A stretch of DNA of 64,000 bases from Micromonosporaceae bacterium (GTDB taxonomy: Bacteria; Actinomycetota; Actinomycetes; Mycobacteriales; Micromonosporaceae), in the NCBI GenBank assembly GCA_036557785.1, contig DATBGZ010000016.1:2576-66575 (forward strand), written 5' to 3'. The notes beneath the pieces were generated by a model. It saw nothing but the letters and a program-made list of their open reading frames with translations. It did no database searches and was not told where the DNA came from. Of the stretch, positions 43,947 to 53,577 are shown piece after piece. Each line of letters begins with the position of its first letter. Position 1 is the stretch's first letter. The position numbers were made by a program, and so were the translations under genes.

Positions 43947-45616
43947 GCGACCACGGCCCCGGTCTCGGGCCGACGCAGCGACGGCTTGCGTACCTTGCCG
44001 ATCAGGGAGTGCGGCAGCTCGGCGACGACCTCGTAGCCGGCCGGGCACTTGTACCGGGCCAGGTGGTGTCCACAGTAGACGCCCAGCTCGTCCACAGACA
44101 GGTGTCCGCCGGCGGGCACCACGTAGGCGAAGACCGCCTCACCGGTGACCGCGTCGGGCACACCGATGACCGCAGCCTCCGCCACGCCCGGATGCGACCC
44201 GAGCACCTGCTCCACCTCGCGCGGGTAGACGTTGAAGCCGTTCACCAGAATCAGGTCGCCCAACCGGTCCACCAGGAACAGGTCTCCGTCGATATCCGCG
44301 TAGGCGATGTCGCCCGTGGCCCACCATCCGTGCTCGTCCGGTCCGCCTGCACGGTCGGGCCAGTAACCGAGGAACAGGTTCTCTCCGCGCACCACGATCT
44401 GACCGGGGTCGGTGCCGTCGGCCTCGAACGCGTCGTCGTCCGCCAGCCCCACGGCCGGCCCCGGCTGCGTAGGCGGAGTATCGACGCCCCGCTGCGCGGT
44501 GAGCTCGGCCACCACGGTGCCGTCGGCCGCCACGAGCCGCAGGTCGACGCCGGGGACCGGGCGGCCGATCGAGCTGACCTTGGGCACGGGGCTCGCGAGG
44601 CCGGTCGTGAGCACCGGGGCCGTCTCGGTGAGCCCATACCCCTGGTGGACGTGGCGTCCGGTGACCGCGAGGAACCGCTCGCCGACCTCGGACGGCAGCG
44701 GCGCACCCCCGCTCGCCGCGACGCGCACCGCCGCGAACCGCGCGGCGAGCTCCGGGTCGGCGAGCCAGGCGGCGTACATCTGGGGCACCGCGGCGACCAC
44801 GCTCACCCGATGGCGTGCGATCGCGGCCAGGCTCCGGGCCACGTCGAAGCGTTCCAGCAGCACCCCGCAGGCCCCGTGGTAGGCGATGGCGATCAGGCCG
44901 GCGCTGAGCCCGAAGATGTGGAACAGCGGCAGGGCGAGCAGCGCGACGTCGGACGCTGTGATGGCGGGAGGGTGGACCGCCGCGACCTGGCCCTGGTTGG
45001 CGAGCAGGGCCCGGTGCGGCAGCATCGCACCCTTCGGAGCCCCGGACGTCCCCGACGTGTAGAGCAGGACCGCGAGATCCTCGCCCGAGCCGGTCGCGAT
45101 CGTCGCCGCGGCCGGCACGGTCAGCTCCGCGTACGCCAGGGCGCCGTCGGCGGCCGTCGGCGCATAGACGTGACGCAGCGCCGGCAGATCGGTCCGTACG
45201 GCTTGGATCGCCGCGGCCGCCGCACTCGTCGCGACGGCGACCGCGGCCGCGCTGTCGGCAAGGACGTGGCGAAGCTCCCGGCGCGTGTACCCGGGGTTGA
45301 CCGGCACCGCGACCAGCCCCGCCCGGAGCGTGCCGAAGAAGACCGCGGCGAACTCGGGGACCTGGCCCAGCGCGATCACCACCCGCGCCGGCACGCCCAT
45401 GGACGCCGGCAGGTCCAGCGCGCGCAGGGCGCCGGCAACCGCGTCGGCGCGCGCGTCGAGGTCCGCCCAGGTAACGACCGATCCGTCGTCGGAGATCAGA
45501 GCCGGGGCCGATGGTTCGCGTCCTGCCGCGCGCGCGACGGTGTCGGCCACGTTCCCGGCCGCCGGCCCCGGAGTCACGGACACCGCCCGAGTCTTGCATG
45601 CCCCGACCTGCGACAA
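43943..45616 (-). CDS. AMP-dependent synthetase/ligase (long-chain fatty-acyl-CoA ligase-like)
   Basis: 557-aa ORF with the AMP-binding motif LLYTSGTSGAPKGAML, plus QGYGLTE, WWATGDIAYAD and a C-terminal KVRK. Confidence 0.88.
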   Translation of the reverse strand: MSQVGACKTRAVSVTPGPAAGNVADTVARAAGREPSAPALISDDGSVVTWADLDARADAVAGALRALDLPASMGVPARVVIALGQVPEFAAVFFGTLRAGLVAVPVNPGYTRRELRHVLADSAAAVAVATSAAAAAIQAVRTDLPALRHVYAPTAADGALAYAELTVPAAATIATGSGEDLAVLLYTSGTSGAPKGAMLPHRALLANQGQVAAVHPPAITASDVALLALPLFHIFGLSAGLIAIAYHGACGVLLERFDVARSLAAIARHRVSVVAAVPQMYAAWLADPELAARFAAVRVAASGGAPLPSEVGERFLAVTGRHVHQGYGLTETAPVLTTGLASPVPKVSSIGRPVPGVDLRLVAADGTVVAELTAQRGVDTPPTQPGPAVGLADDDAFEADGTDPGQIVVRGENLFLGYWPDRAGGPDEHGWWATGDIAYADIDGDLFLVDRLGDLILVNGFNVYPREVEQVLGSHPGVAEAAVIGVPDAVTGEAVFAYVVPAGGHLSVDELGVYCGHHLARYKCPAGYEVVAELPHSLIGKVRKPSLRRPETGAVVA

Positions 45617-45883
45617 CGCCCCCGCGCGCCGCGAACGGTAGGCGACCGGTGGCGGGCCGGACCCGGGGCGCAGCGGTCAGCGTGGGACTGACAGTGATCA
45701 TGCGTAAGCGAACGATCGCACATCGTGTCCGACGGCCCGGCCGCGCCTCACCAAAGAATCCTGTCTCGGCCGTTTGCAAGTCCGCCACACGGAATGATGT
45801 CGCCCTTTATGCTGCATTGGACGACTCATCCGTTATGGGCTACTCATACCCCTCACAGCCGAGGAGGCCGTTGTGCCGCGTTC

Positions 45884-46972
45884 ATGGGTGACACCGACGG
45901 GACCAGAGCGGTGACCGAGTCCGACCTCTCCGGCGAGGCGGCCGGGCAGGTCACCCCGGACCTGACTCCACCGGCGAGCCGCACCACTGGGGCGAAGCGT
46001 GCCAACCGCCGCCCAGACCAACGAGACGAGACCCGGCAGGACGTCAACCGGCGGTACGGCACGGGCAACCGCAACCGCAGCGCGATGCCGTGGCCGACGG
46101 GACCGACCCGGCCACTGCCGCCGATACCGGCGATCCCCACGGGCCGTCCGGAGGGCGGAGTGGCCGAGGCACTCGTGGCGCCGCGCCCGCTCACCGAGGC
46201 GAGCACGACGGGCACGTCCGCCCGACCGACGATTCCGGCGGCTCGCGAGGAGACCGTGGAGCTGCCGCCGCTGGCGACCTCCCCGGGCCGTACGAACGCG
46301 GGCGCGGCGGTACCGACGCAGCCGGACCAGCGCAGCCCGCAACGCAGCGGGTGGGCCGGTGATCGGCCGGGGACCAACCAGCGTGGCCGGCATCCGTCAC
46401 CGCCGGACGGGGCGGTCGACGTCTGGGAGCTGGTCGAGCGGGCGCAGGACGGCGATACGGACGCGTTCGGGCAGATCTACCACCGGTACCTCGACACGGT
46501 TCACCGGTTCATCTACTTCCGCGTCGGCAACCGCCAGCTCGCCGAGGACCTCACGGCGGAGACCTTCCTGCGGGCGCTCAAGCGCATCGGCAGCGTGACC
46601 TGGCAGGGTCGCGACCTCGGCGCCTGGCTCGTGACGATCGCCCGCAACCTGGTCGCCGACTACTTCAAGTCCGGCCGGCACCGGTTCGAGCTGCCGACCA
46701 GTGACGTGCTCGACGCCGATGCCGAGGAGCGCGGACCGGAGGGCAGCCCGGAGGCCGCGGTGGTCGACCACATCACCAATGTCGCGCTGCTCACGGCCGT
46801 ACGGCAGCTCAACCGGGAGCAGCGGGAGTGCATCATCCTGCGGTTTCTGCAGGGCTTCTCGGTCGCGGAGACGGCCCAGGCGATGGGAAAGAACGAGGGC
46901 GCGATCAAGGCCCTGCAGTACCGAGCCGTTCGTGCTCTTCACCGTCTGTTACCTGAAGGCTTCCTACCGTGA
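45884..46972 (+). CDS. ECF sigma factor (BldN/SigD-like) with long Pro/Arg/Thr-rich N-terminal extension
   Basis: Sigma region 2 is VERAQDGDTDAFGQIYHRYLDTVHRFIYFRVGNRQLAEDLTAETFLRAL. Region 4 is LNREQRECIILRFLQGFSVAETAQAMGKNEGAIKALQYRAVRAL. The start is uncertain (ATG 45884; the ORF is open from 45725). About 170 aa of low complexity precede region 2. Confidence 0.85.
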   Translation: MGDTDGTRAVTESDLSGEAAGQVTPDLTPPASRTTGAKRANRRPDQRDETRQDVNRRYGTGNRNRSAMPWPTGPTRPLPPIPAIPTGRPEGGVAEALVAPRPLTEASTTGTSARPTIPAAREETVELPPLATSPGRTNAGAAVPTQPDQRSPQRSGWAGDRPGTNQRGRHPSPPDGAVDVWELVERAQDGDTDAFGQIYHRYLDTVHRFIYFRVGNRQLAEDLTAETFLRALKRIGSVTWQGRDLGAWLVTIARNLVADYFKSGRHRFELPTSDVLDADAEERGPEGSPEAAVVDHITNVALLTAVRQLNREQRECIILRFLQGFSVAETAQAMGKNEGAIKALQYRAVRALHRLLPEGFLP

Positions 46973-47086
46973 CAACGGTGGTGAGAAACGGCCCGGAAAC
47001 GCCGTACACCGCCACCAGAAAGGGCCACCACCCGTTACTCAGGGCGACCGGAGTCACATTCCGGCATCACCCTGAGGGGAGGTGAC

Positions 47087-48073
47087 GTGATGTCCGATAG
47101 CGCCAAGGTCGAGCGGTTCGCCGAACTGCTCGAGCAGACCGGCACGGGACGTCACCATCGCCGTCCTGACGAGGTCGATCCCGACCTGACCGCGCTCGTC
47201 GGTGTGACCCACCGGCTCGCTCGGGTCGCCGCGCCCGACGTGCGGCCGCAGTTCCGGGACGCCCTGTTCGCCGACCTGATGCGGACCTGCGAGCGCGACG
47301 GACTCGGGACGCGCGTGGTCGCCTGGGACGAACCCACGGTCGCCGACGCGGCCCAAGGGCAGGGCGCCCGTGACGAGCAGGGCGTGAGCGCTCGCACCGA
47401 CCCGACCTGGCCGGTGAACGGTACCGTGGCGCCCCGCCCCCGGCGCGGGCCCGACGATGCGGTGCCCACCCCGCCCCAGCGCGCGGGATCGCGCGCCAAC
47501 GAGAAGACCCAGATCCTGCGCATGGTGCGGCGGCGCCTGGGCAGTCGTGCCCGGATCAGCGCGATGGTCGGCATCACCGCGGGCGCGCTCGCGATCTCGG
47601 GCGTCGCGCTGGCGAGTACCGACGCCGTGCCCGGCGACGCGCTCTACCAGGTCAAGCTCTCCAGCGAGCAGGCACAGCTCCTGCTCGCCGGCTCGGACGC
47701 GGATCGCGGGCAACTGCACCTCGAGTTCGCGCGGGTCCGCCTTGTCGAAGCCGGTCAGGTGCCCCCGGACGCCGTCCCCGATGTCCTGGCAGCCATGGAC
47801 CGGGAGATCATCGAGGGCGCTCGGCTGCTGTTCACGGCGGGTGTCCAGAAGCACGACGCCGCGCCCATCGACTCCGTCGCGGCGTTCGTGACGCAGTACC
47901 GCCGCGACGTCACGCAGGCGCGGGCCGACCTCACGGCGCCGGGCGATCCGGCCCGGCAGTCGCTTGACCTGCTCGCGGCGATCGAGACCCGGGCCAACGA
48001 GCTGCGCGCCGCCCTCGCGCATGGCTGCGCTACCACGACCACCGATCAGTACGGCCCCAAGCCGGCCTGCTGA
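47087..48073 (+). CDS. putative membrane anti-sigma factor (RsbN/DUF5667-like)
   Basis: 328-aa ORF immediately downstream of the ECF sigma gene. It has an N-terminal cytoplasmic segment, one TM (ISAMVGITAGALAISGVALAS), then a helical extracytoplasmic domain (DALYQVKLSSEQAQLLLA...). The assignment rests mainly on context. Confidence 0.55.
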   Translation: MMSDSAKVERFAELLEQTGTGRHHRRPDEVDPDLTALVGVTHRLARVAAPDVRPQFRDALFADLMRTCERDGLGTRVVAWDEPTVADAAQGQGARDEQGVSARTDPTWPVNGTVAPRPRRGPDDAVPTPPQRAGSRANEKTQILRMVRRRLGSRARISAMVGITAGALAISGVALASTDAVPGDALYQVKLSSEQAQLLLAGSDADRGQLHLEFARVRLVEAGQVPPDAVPDVLAAMDREIIEGARLLFTAGVQKHDAAPIDSVAAFVTQYRRDVTQARADLTAPGDPARQSLDLLAAIETRANELRAALAHGCATTTTDQYGPKPAC

Positions 48074-48160
48074 GCGGCGCGCCCGGCATAGGGCCCTGAC
48101 CCGATAGTCTCGGAAAACAGGGCCCGGCCTGGGCCGGTCGAGCGACGGAGGGCGGATCCG

Positions 48161-49105
48161 GTGCGGCTGACACGGCGCAGGACCCGTACGGACGCGGGGC
48201 AGGGCCCGATCTCCGTCGGTTACGCGGTCGCCGACCTCGAGGAGGCGCTCGCCCCACCACCGGACACCACCGCGGCCGGTTTCTTCGACCTCGACAACAC
48301 GATGTTGCAGGGCGCGTCCATCTACTACCTGGCCCGGGGGCTCGCCGCGCGCAAGTTCTTCACGGGACGTGACCTGCTGCGCTTCGGCCTCAAGCAGCTG
48401 CGGTTCCGGCTCGTCGCGGCCGAGCACGGCGGGCACGTCTCGCAGGCTCGGGAGCAGGCTCTCGCCTTCGTGGCGGGCCGGCACGTCGAGGACCTGCGGC
48501 GGCTGGCTGAGGAGATCTTCGATGAGTTGATGGCGGAGCGCATCTTCTCGGGCACCCATGCGCTGGCCCGGATGCACCTCGACGCCGGCCAACGGGTGTG
48601 GCTGGTGACCGCGGCTCCGGTCGAGATCGGCATGGTGATCGCGCAACGGCTGGGCCTCACCGGTGCGATCGGCACGGTCGCCGACGTGGCCGACGGTGTC
48701 TACACGGGACGGTTGGTGGGTGACCTGATGCACGGCCCGGCGAAGGCCGACGCGATCACGGACCTCGCCGGGCGCGAGGGGCTGGACCTCTCGCGCTGCG
48801 CCGCGTACAGCGATTCGATCAACGACGTACCGATGCTCTCCGTCGTCGGACGGGCGGTCGCGGTCAACCCCGACTCTGCCCTGCGCCGCGTGGCCCGCGA
48901 GCGCGGCTGGGAGGTCCGCGACTTCCGCACCGGCCGGCGTGCCGTCAAGGTCGCGGTGCCGGCCGCCGTGGGGGCCGGGATGGTCGCCGGCGCCGTGGCG
49001 GCCGCGGTCACGCTCAACCGGCGCGGCGCCTGGCGTGCCGTGCTCGGCAAGGGCTCGACGCGCGGCGGACCCGCGGCTCCACGCCAACTTCCCCCGGTCG
49101 ACTGA
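48161..49105 (+). CDS. HAD-IB family hydrolase (SerB-like) with C-terminal TM segment
   Basis: 314-aa ORF with FFDLDNTMLQGASIYY (motif I), VWLVTAAP and AYSDSINDVPML (motif IV). Confidence 0.8.
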   Translation: MRLTRRRTRTDAGQGPISVGYAVADLEEALAPPPDTTAAGFFDLDNTMLQGASIYYLARGLAARKFFTGRDLLRFGLKQLRFRLVAAEHGGHVSQAREQALAFVAGRHVEDLRRLAEEIFDELMAERIFSGTHALARMHLDAGQRVWLVTAAPVEIGMVIAQRLGLTGAIGTVADVADGVYTGRLVGDLMHGPAKADAITDLAGREGLDLSRCAAYSDSINDVPMLSVVGRAVAVNPDSALRRVARERGWEVRDFRTGRRAVKVAVPAAVGAGMVAGAVAAAVTLNRRGAWRAVLGKGSTRGGPAAPRQLPPVD

Positions 49106-49139
49106 CGCCGGTACGGTCTGCCGACGCCCCGCCGAGCCC

Positions 49140-50234
49140 TCAACCGAACGGGTCGGGGCGACGCTGCAGCAGTGAGTGCAGCGTCTCCTGGATGGTCTCG
49201 CGCACCTGGTCGGCCAGGTTGAACACGACGATCGGATCGTCGGCGTCGTCGGTGAGGCCGGTCGTAGGGATCGGCTCACCTATCTGGATGAGCCACTTGC
49301 TCGGCAGGGGCAGCAAGCCGAGCAGCCCGAACCAGGGGAACAGCGGGGTGATCGGCACATACGGCAGGCCCAGCACCTTCGCCAGCGGCGTGATGTTGCC
49401 GATGATCGGAAAGATCTCTTCCGCCCCGACGATGGCTACGGGCACGATCGGGGTGCCGGTGCGCAGGGCGGCGGAGACGAACCCGCCACGGCCGAAACGC
49501 TGCAGCCGGTACCGGTCCCGGTAGTACTTGCCGATGCCCTTGAACCCCTCGGGGAAGACGCCCACGTAGTCCCCGGCCCGCAGCAGCCGCTCGGCGTCGG
49601 GGTTGCTCGCCAGCGTGGCACCGCCCTTGCGGGCCAGTTCGGAGAGGACCGGTACCCGAAACACCAGGTCCGCGCCGAGCAGCCTCAGGTGCCGGTGCGC
49701 TGGGGTCTCGTCGTGCACGGCGAGGCTGAGCATCAGCGCGTCCACGGGGAGCGTCCCCGAGTGGTTGCCGACGAGCAGCGCCGGGCCGTCGACGGGCAGG
49801 CGGTCGATGCCGCTGCACTCGACCCGGAAGTAGTGCTGGTAGAGCAGGCGCAGCAACGGGTAGAAGACGCCGTCGGTGAGCTCGGCGTCGAAGCCGAACT
49901 CGTCGACGTGGTAGTCGCCGGTCAGGCGCCGGCGCAGAAAGGCGAGCGCGTCGGCGACCCGCTCCTCCCAGATGTCCGGCCTGACTTCCCGGTCTGTGCC
50001 CGACGGGGAGCGCGCTGACCGGTACCCGTTCGCCGCGACCGTGTCATCACTGTCCACAGTGGTCAGCGTCGGCCGTGCCCGTGCCGACCGCGACGGGCCG
50101 GGTCGGTGGCCGTTGCGGGTGCCGTTCGCGGCCGCGGCCTCGACGTCCACGGACCGCGCGGCCCTGGTCCGTCGCGCCGGCGCGTGCTCGTTGGCTGCCG
50201 TCGCGGTGGCCGGCCGACGGGCTCTGGCTGTCAT
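49140..50234 (-). CDS. lysophospholipid / 1-acyl-sn-glycerol-3-phosphate acyltransferase family protein
   Basis: 364-aa ORF with the acyltransferase HX4D-type block LLVGNHSGTLPVDALML, VGVFPEG, and PIVPVAIVGAEE. The N-terminal Arg/Ala-rich roughly 90 aa may not be translated. Confidence 0.85.
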   Translation of the reverse strand: MTARARRPATATAANEHAPARRTRAARSVDVEAAAANGTRNGHRPGPSRSARARPTLTTVDSDDTVAANGYRSARSPSGTDREVRPDIWEERVADALAFLRRRLTGDYHVDEFGFDAELTDGVFYPLLRLLYQHYFRVECSGIDRLPVDGPALLVGNHSGTLPVDALMLSLAVHDETPAHRHLRLLGADLVFRVPVLSELARKGGATLASNPDAERLLRAGDYVGVFPEGFKGIGKYYRDRYRLQRFGRGGFVSAALRTGTPIVPVAIVGAEEIFPIIGNITPLAKVLGLPYVPITPLFPWFGLLGLLPLPSKWLIQIGEPIPTTGLTDDADDPIVVFNLADQVRETIQETLHSLLQRRPDPFG

Positions 50235-51367
50235 GACCCCGCCCGCCCCTCGGGGGCCCGTGGGGTGCGCGCGCCGCGGACGCGCCGAACGCCGTCGCGC
50301 ACCACGGACTCCAGCGCGGTGACCGCGGCCGGGCGCAGGGCAGCGAACCCGGACCCGTGCAGGTCCCGCCCATGGATGAAGTCGGCGAAGGCCTCCTGCG
50401 TGTCACGGGGTCGGAAGCCGAACTCTTCGACCAGCGCCCGCGTGTCCACCACCCGACCGTGCACGAACAGATCGAGCTGGTCGTGGCTGAGCTCGGGAAG
50501 GCGCAGCAGCGGATGGGAGATGAACCGGGCGATGCCCGAAGCCCGGACGAGGGCCGCGAAGGCGTTCATGCCCGGCTCGATCACCGGCAGGGCGACGCGC
50601 CCGGCCAGGCGGATCGCCTGAGAGAGCGCGAGCACACCGTCGCCGGCCACGTTGTAGGTGCCACGGTGGTTCTCCACCACGGATCGCACCAGCAGCTCGA
50701 GCGCGTCGTCGGTGTGGATGAACTGCAGCCGCGGGTCCCGCCCCAGCACCGTCGGCACCACCGGCAGCGCGAAGTACCGGGTCAGGCTGGTCTCCGCGTC
50801 CGGCCCGACGAACGGGGCGAGACGCAGCACGGTGGTCACGACATCGGGCCGCCGACGCGTGAAGCCGCGCACGTACCCCTCGATCTCGATGACGTCCTTG
50901 GCGAATCCGCCCCGCGGCACCAGCGTCGGCGGCGTGGTCTCGGTGAAGACCGCGGGATCACGGAACGAGGCGCCGTAGGCGGCCGTGGAGGACCGTACGA
51001 CCAGCTTGCTGACGCCCGGCGTGGCCTGGCACGCGGCGAGCAGCTGCATCGTGCCGATGATGTTCTGTTCCTTCATCGCCGGCCGCCCGCCGGCTCCCGG
51101 GCTGGAGACCACGCCCATGTGGGCGACGGCGTCGACCTCGCCCCCGGTCACCGCGGCGACCACGTCACGGACGCCGCCGTCGCCCCGGCCGTCGCGGTCC
51201 CGACCGGTCGTCACCGCTACGTCGTGTTCGGCGAGCAGGTCGCGCAACCGGCCGGCCGGCGGCACGATGTCGAACCCGGTCACCCGCTCCACCCGGGGGT
51301 GCGCGGCGAGCCGGGCCGCGAGGTGTGCCCCGACGTACCGGCTGGCACCGGTCACGAGGACGTTCAC
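50231..51367 (-). CDS. NAD-dependent epimerase/dehydratase (extended SDR, GalE2-like)
   Basis: 378-aa ORF with a GTG start and Rossmann VLVTGASRYVGAHLAARL. It overlaps the downstream acyltransferase gene by 4 nt. Confidence 0.88.
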   Translation of the reverse strand: MNVLVTGASRYVGAHLAARLAAHPRVERVTGFDIVPPAGRLRDLLAEHDVAVTTGRDRDGRGDGGVRDVVAAVTGGEVDAVAHMGVVSSPGAGGRPAMKEQNIIGTMQLLAACQATPGVSKLVVRSSTAAYGASFRDPAVFTETTPPTLVPRGGFAKDVIEIEGYVRGFTRRRPDVVTTVLRLAPFVGPDAETSLTRYFALPVVPTVLGRDPRLQFIHTDDALELLVRSVVENHRGTYNVAGDGVLALSQAIRLAGRVALPVIEPGMNAFAALVRASGIARFISHPLLRLPELSHDQLDLFVHGRVVDTRALVEEFGFRPRDTQEAFADFIHGRDLHGSGFAALRPAAVTALESVVRDGVRRVRGARTPRAPEGRAGS

Positions 51368-51400
51368 CGAGGCCTCCGAACGGGTGCCGCTCCGGCGGGT

Positions 51401-51502
51401 CTACTTGCCGAGACGGCGACGCTGGACCCGGGTCTTGCGCAGCAGCTTGCGGTGCTTCTTCTTCGCCATACGCTTGCGGCGCTTCTTGACCACTGAGCCC
51501 AT
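51401..51502 (-). CDS. 30S ribosomal protein bS22 (33-aa highly basic actinobacterial protein)
   Basis: Not in the ORF track. My hand translation gives [33 protein letters not shown]. It matches the conserved actinobacterial bS22 family and sits between the HTH gene and the epimerase, as in mycobacteria. Confidence 0.8.
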   Translation of the reverse strand: MGSVVKKRRKRMAKKKHRKLLRKTRVQRRRLGK

Positions 51503-51712
51503 ACGGCCGTCTCCTCGGGTGCTGGTGCGGCACGGACGCACCGGCCGCCGTCCGGCCCGGGGGTCCGACTGTCTGTGTAGTGACCGCGATCGCTATGGCA
51601 TCGCGTCCGATCCTGGACGCAAAGGGTAGCGGGCGGGCCTACCGGCATGCCGCACGGCGTCCCTCGTGGTCGGGGTACAGCGTAGCCCCCCGGAACCGTC
51701 GTTCATAACCGA

Positions 51713-51747
51713 GGGACACCCGGGCGCGGTACGGCGCCCGGGTGCCC
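51713..51747 (-). terminator. candidate intrinsic terminator after the HTH gene
   Basis: The minus-strand RNA GGGCACCCGGGCGC-cguacc-GCGCCCGGGUGUCCC forms a 14-bp stem with one bulge. It starts 8 nt after the stop and is followed by UCGGUUAU, a weak U-tract. Confidence 0.45.
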
Positions 51748-51754
51748 TGGCGTT

Positions 51755-51967
51755 TCACGCGGACTCGGCGAAGGCGTCGCGCAGGTACTCGTGTACGGCG
51801 TGCTCGGGCACCCGGAACGAGCGGCCGACCCGTACGGCCGAGAGCTCTCCGGTGTGCACCAGCCGGTACACGGTCATCTTCGACACCCGCATGAGCGTCG
51901 CGACCTCAGCGACGGTCAGGAACTTCACCTCTGACAGCCTGCCCGCGGACTGCGGTGATCCAGCCAT
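51755..51967 (-). CDS. excisionase-family helix-turn-helix DNA-binding protein (conserved actinobacterial, Rv0500A-like)
   Basis: 70-aa ORF: FLTVAEVATLMRVSKMTVYRLVHTGELSAVRVGRSFRVPEHAVHEYL, a MerR/excisionase-type HTH. Confidence 0.85.
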   Translation of the reverse strand: MAGSPQSAGRLSEVKFLTVAEVATLMRVSKMTVYRLVHTGELSAVRVGRSFRVPEHAVHEYLRDAFAESA

Positions 51968-52115
51968 GGCTCACGCATCCCATCCCCCCGGGCGCCCCGC
52001 GTGCCCACCCCCCACGACTCCGGAGTGGTCGCGACGCGCCTGTTACCCGGCAACGGTACCGGTACCCGAGTGACCCTCGCGCCGCCTTGCCGCTATTCGC
52101 GCGAACCTGCCGGGA

Positions 52116-53471
52116 TCAGGCGTCCCGGATGAACGAGGCGCAGTCGGCGCTGACCGTCTTCCAGCTCTTCCCGAATACGGCCTGGGCGGCGTCGTCGAGC
52201 GAGGTGCCCTCATGCACCACGGCGCCGAAGAAGTCGAGCATCGCGTTCTGGCCATACAGGTCGGCCATGCGCCGCACCGCGAGGAACGCGACGCCGTAGC
52301 GGGCGGCTGCCTCGTCGAGGCTCGCGTCGTCGCTGGGTCGGTCGACGGCGGGGTCACCGTCCCACGACTTGCGGACGAACGTGCGCGTCGGGGCCATCGC
52401 GTCGTACTTGCTCACCGGCTTGCCGATCATCGTGGCGTACTCGGCGATGCCCTCCTCGAGCCACCACGTCGCCTCGCTGCGTCCGGCGTCCTTGCCCGCG
52501 AAGGTCGCGACGTGGGTCAGCTCATGCACCAACGTCTCTGTCGGATCGTGCACCGTGCTGTTGATGACCACCTCGTTGTCGGTCCGGTTGATGTAGACCC
52601 CGGCGGACCACTCCGGCTTCGAGAACCCGTACCAGCTCGACCAGTCGGAGCCGCCCGCGAGGAAGATCACGTACCGGCTCGGCGGGCCGTACCAGTGCGC
52701 GAGCGTGTCGGCGACAGCCGCGGCCTTCTCGGCCGCCTTGAGCGTGTCGGCGAGGCGGTACTTCAGGTATGGCGAACTCGCCACGACCGTGCGCTTGCCG
52801 GTCGCCACGGCGAGCTCGCCGGTCTCCCAGGGGCGTGGCCCGGCCTGGTCCTCTGCCGACTCGTCGACGTCCGTGAGCAGCAGCTGCTCGCCGTCCATGC
52901 GCCAGTCGGTGCCGATGACCAGCGAGTTCAGGCGGCACGTCGAGTCGCCGAAGCAGTAGTTGACCCGGATGTCGGCGTGCCAGGACAGCTCGCCCGTCAC
53001 GTCCGGCCGGCCGCGGACCTCCTGCGTCCACTGACCGACACCCATCTCTCGCAGCACCTCGAAGCGGTGCCGCAGCTCGGTCCGCAGGCTCGAGTCGTCC
53101 GGGTCGACCGGAGCCAGGTACGCCTTCTCGTCGCCCTTGACCAGGGCGGCCGCCTGCCAGCCCACCTCCTCGTCGACGGCCCGCCGGGCCCAGGTGTTCC
53201 AGTCGCTCGCGGGCGCGTCGGCCGCCGGCGGGGTATCCAGTTGCCCGGCGGCATGGAACGAGGCGCTCGGGTCCGCCGCTCGTGGTACCACCGCCGTGAC
53301 GAGGCCGGCACAGAGGCTCGCGACAACCACGACGGCACTGACCGCGACCAGGGCCCAGCCACCCGCGCTGTGCCGCACGGCCGGCCTGGCGGCGGGCCAG
53401 GGCAGCGGCGCGGGCCCGGATCCGGCCACGGGAGCGTACGGCGGCGGCTGGGGCTCCGGGGCGCCTACCAT
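52116..53471 (-). CDS. membrane-anchored protein with gluzincin-like HExxH...E motif (putative metallopeptidase)
   Basis: 451-aa ORF with a Pro-rich N-terminus, a single TM (WALVAVSAVVVVASLCAGLVTAVV) and an extracytoplasmic domain carrying LVHELTHVATF and a downstream WWLEEGIAEY. Confidence 0.5.
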   Translation of the reverse strand: MVGAPEPQPPPYAPVAGSGPAPLPWPAARPAVRHSAGGWALVAVSAVVVVASLCAGLVTAVVPRAADPSASFHAAGQLDTPPAADAPASDWNTWARRAVDEEVGWQAAALVKGDEKAYLAPVDPDDSSLRTELRHRFEVLREMGVGQWTQEVRGRPDVTGELSWHADIRVNYCFGDSTCRLNSLVIGTDWRMDGEQLLLTDVDESAEDQAGPRPWETGELAVATGKRTVVASSPYLKYRLADTLKAAEKAAAVADTLAHWYGPPSRYVIFLAGGSDWSSWYGFSKPEWSAGVYINRTDNEVVINSTVHDPTETLVHELTHVATFAGKDAGRSEATWWLEEGIAEYATMIGKPVSKYDAMAPTRTFVRKSWDGDPAVDRPSDDASLDEAAARYGVAFLAVRRMADLYGQNAMLDFFGAVVHEGTSLDDAAQAVFGKSWKTVSADCASFIRDA

Positions 53472-53577
53472 CTACCACCATCACTATCGCCGGGCGCGGC
53501 GTCACCGCGGGGGACTTTGCTACGGACAGGACGGGAACTCTAGCCCACGGGCGTCACGGCGCGGCCGCGACGCGTGG

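Noticed and set aside
43496-45788. 731-aa plus-strand and 549-aa minus-strand ORFs over the acyl-CoA ligase gene
   Set aside because: They are alternative frames of the AMP-ligase locus. Only frame 43943..45616 carries the AMP-binding signature (TSGTSGAPKG).
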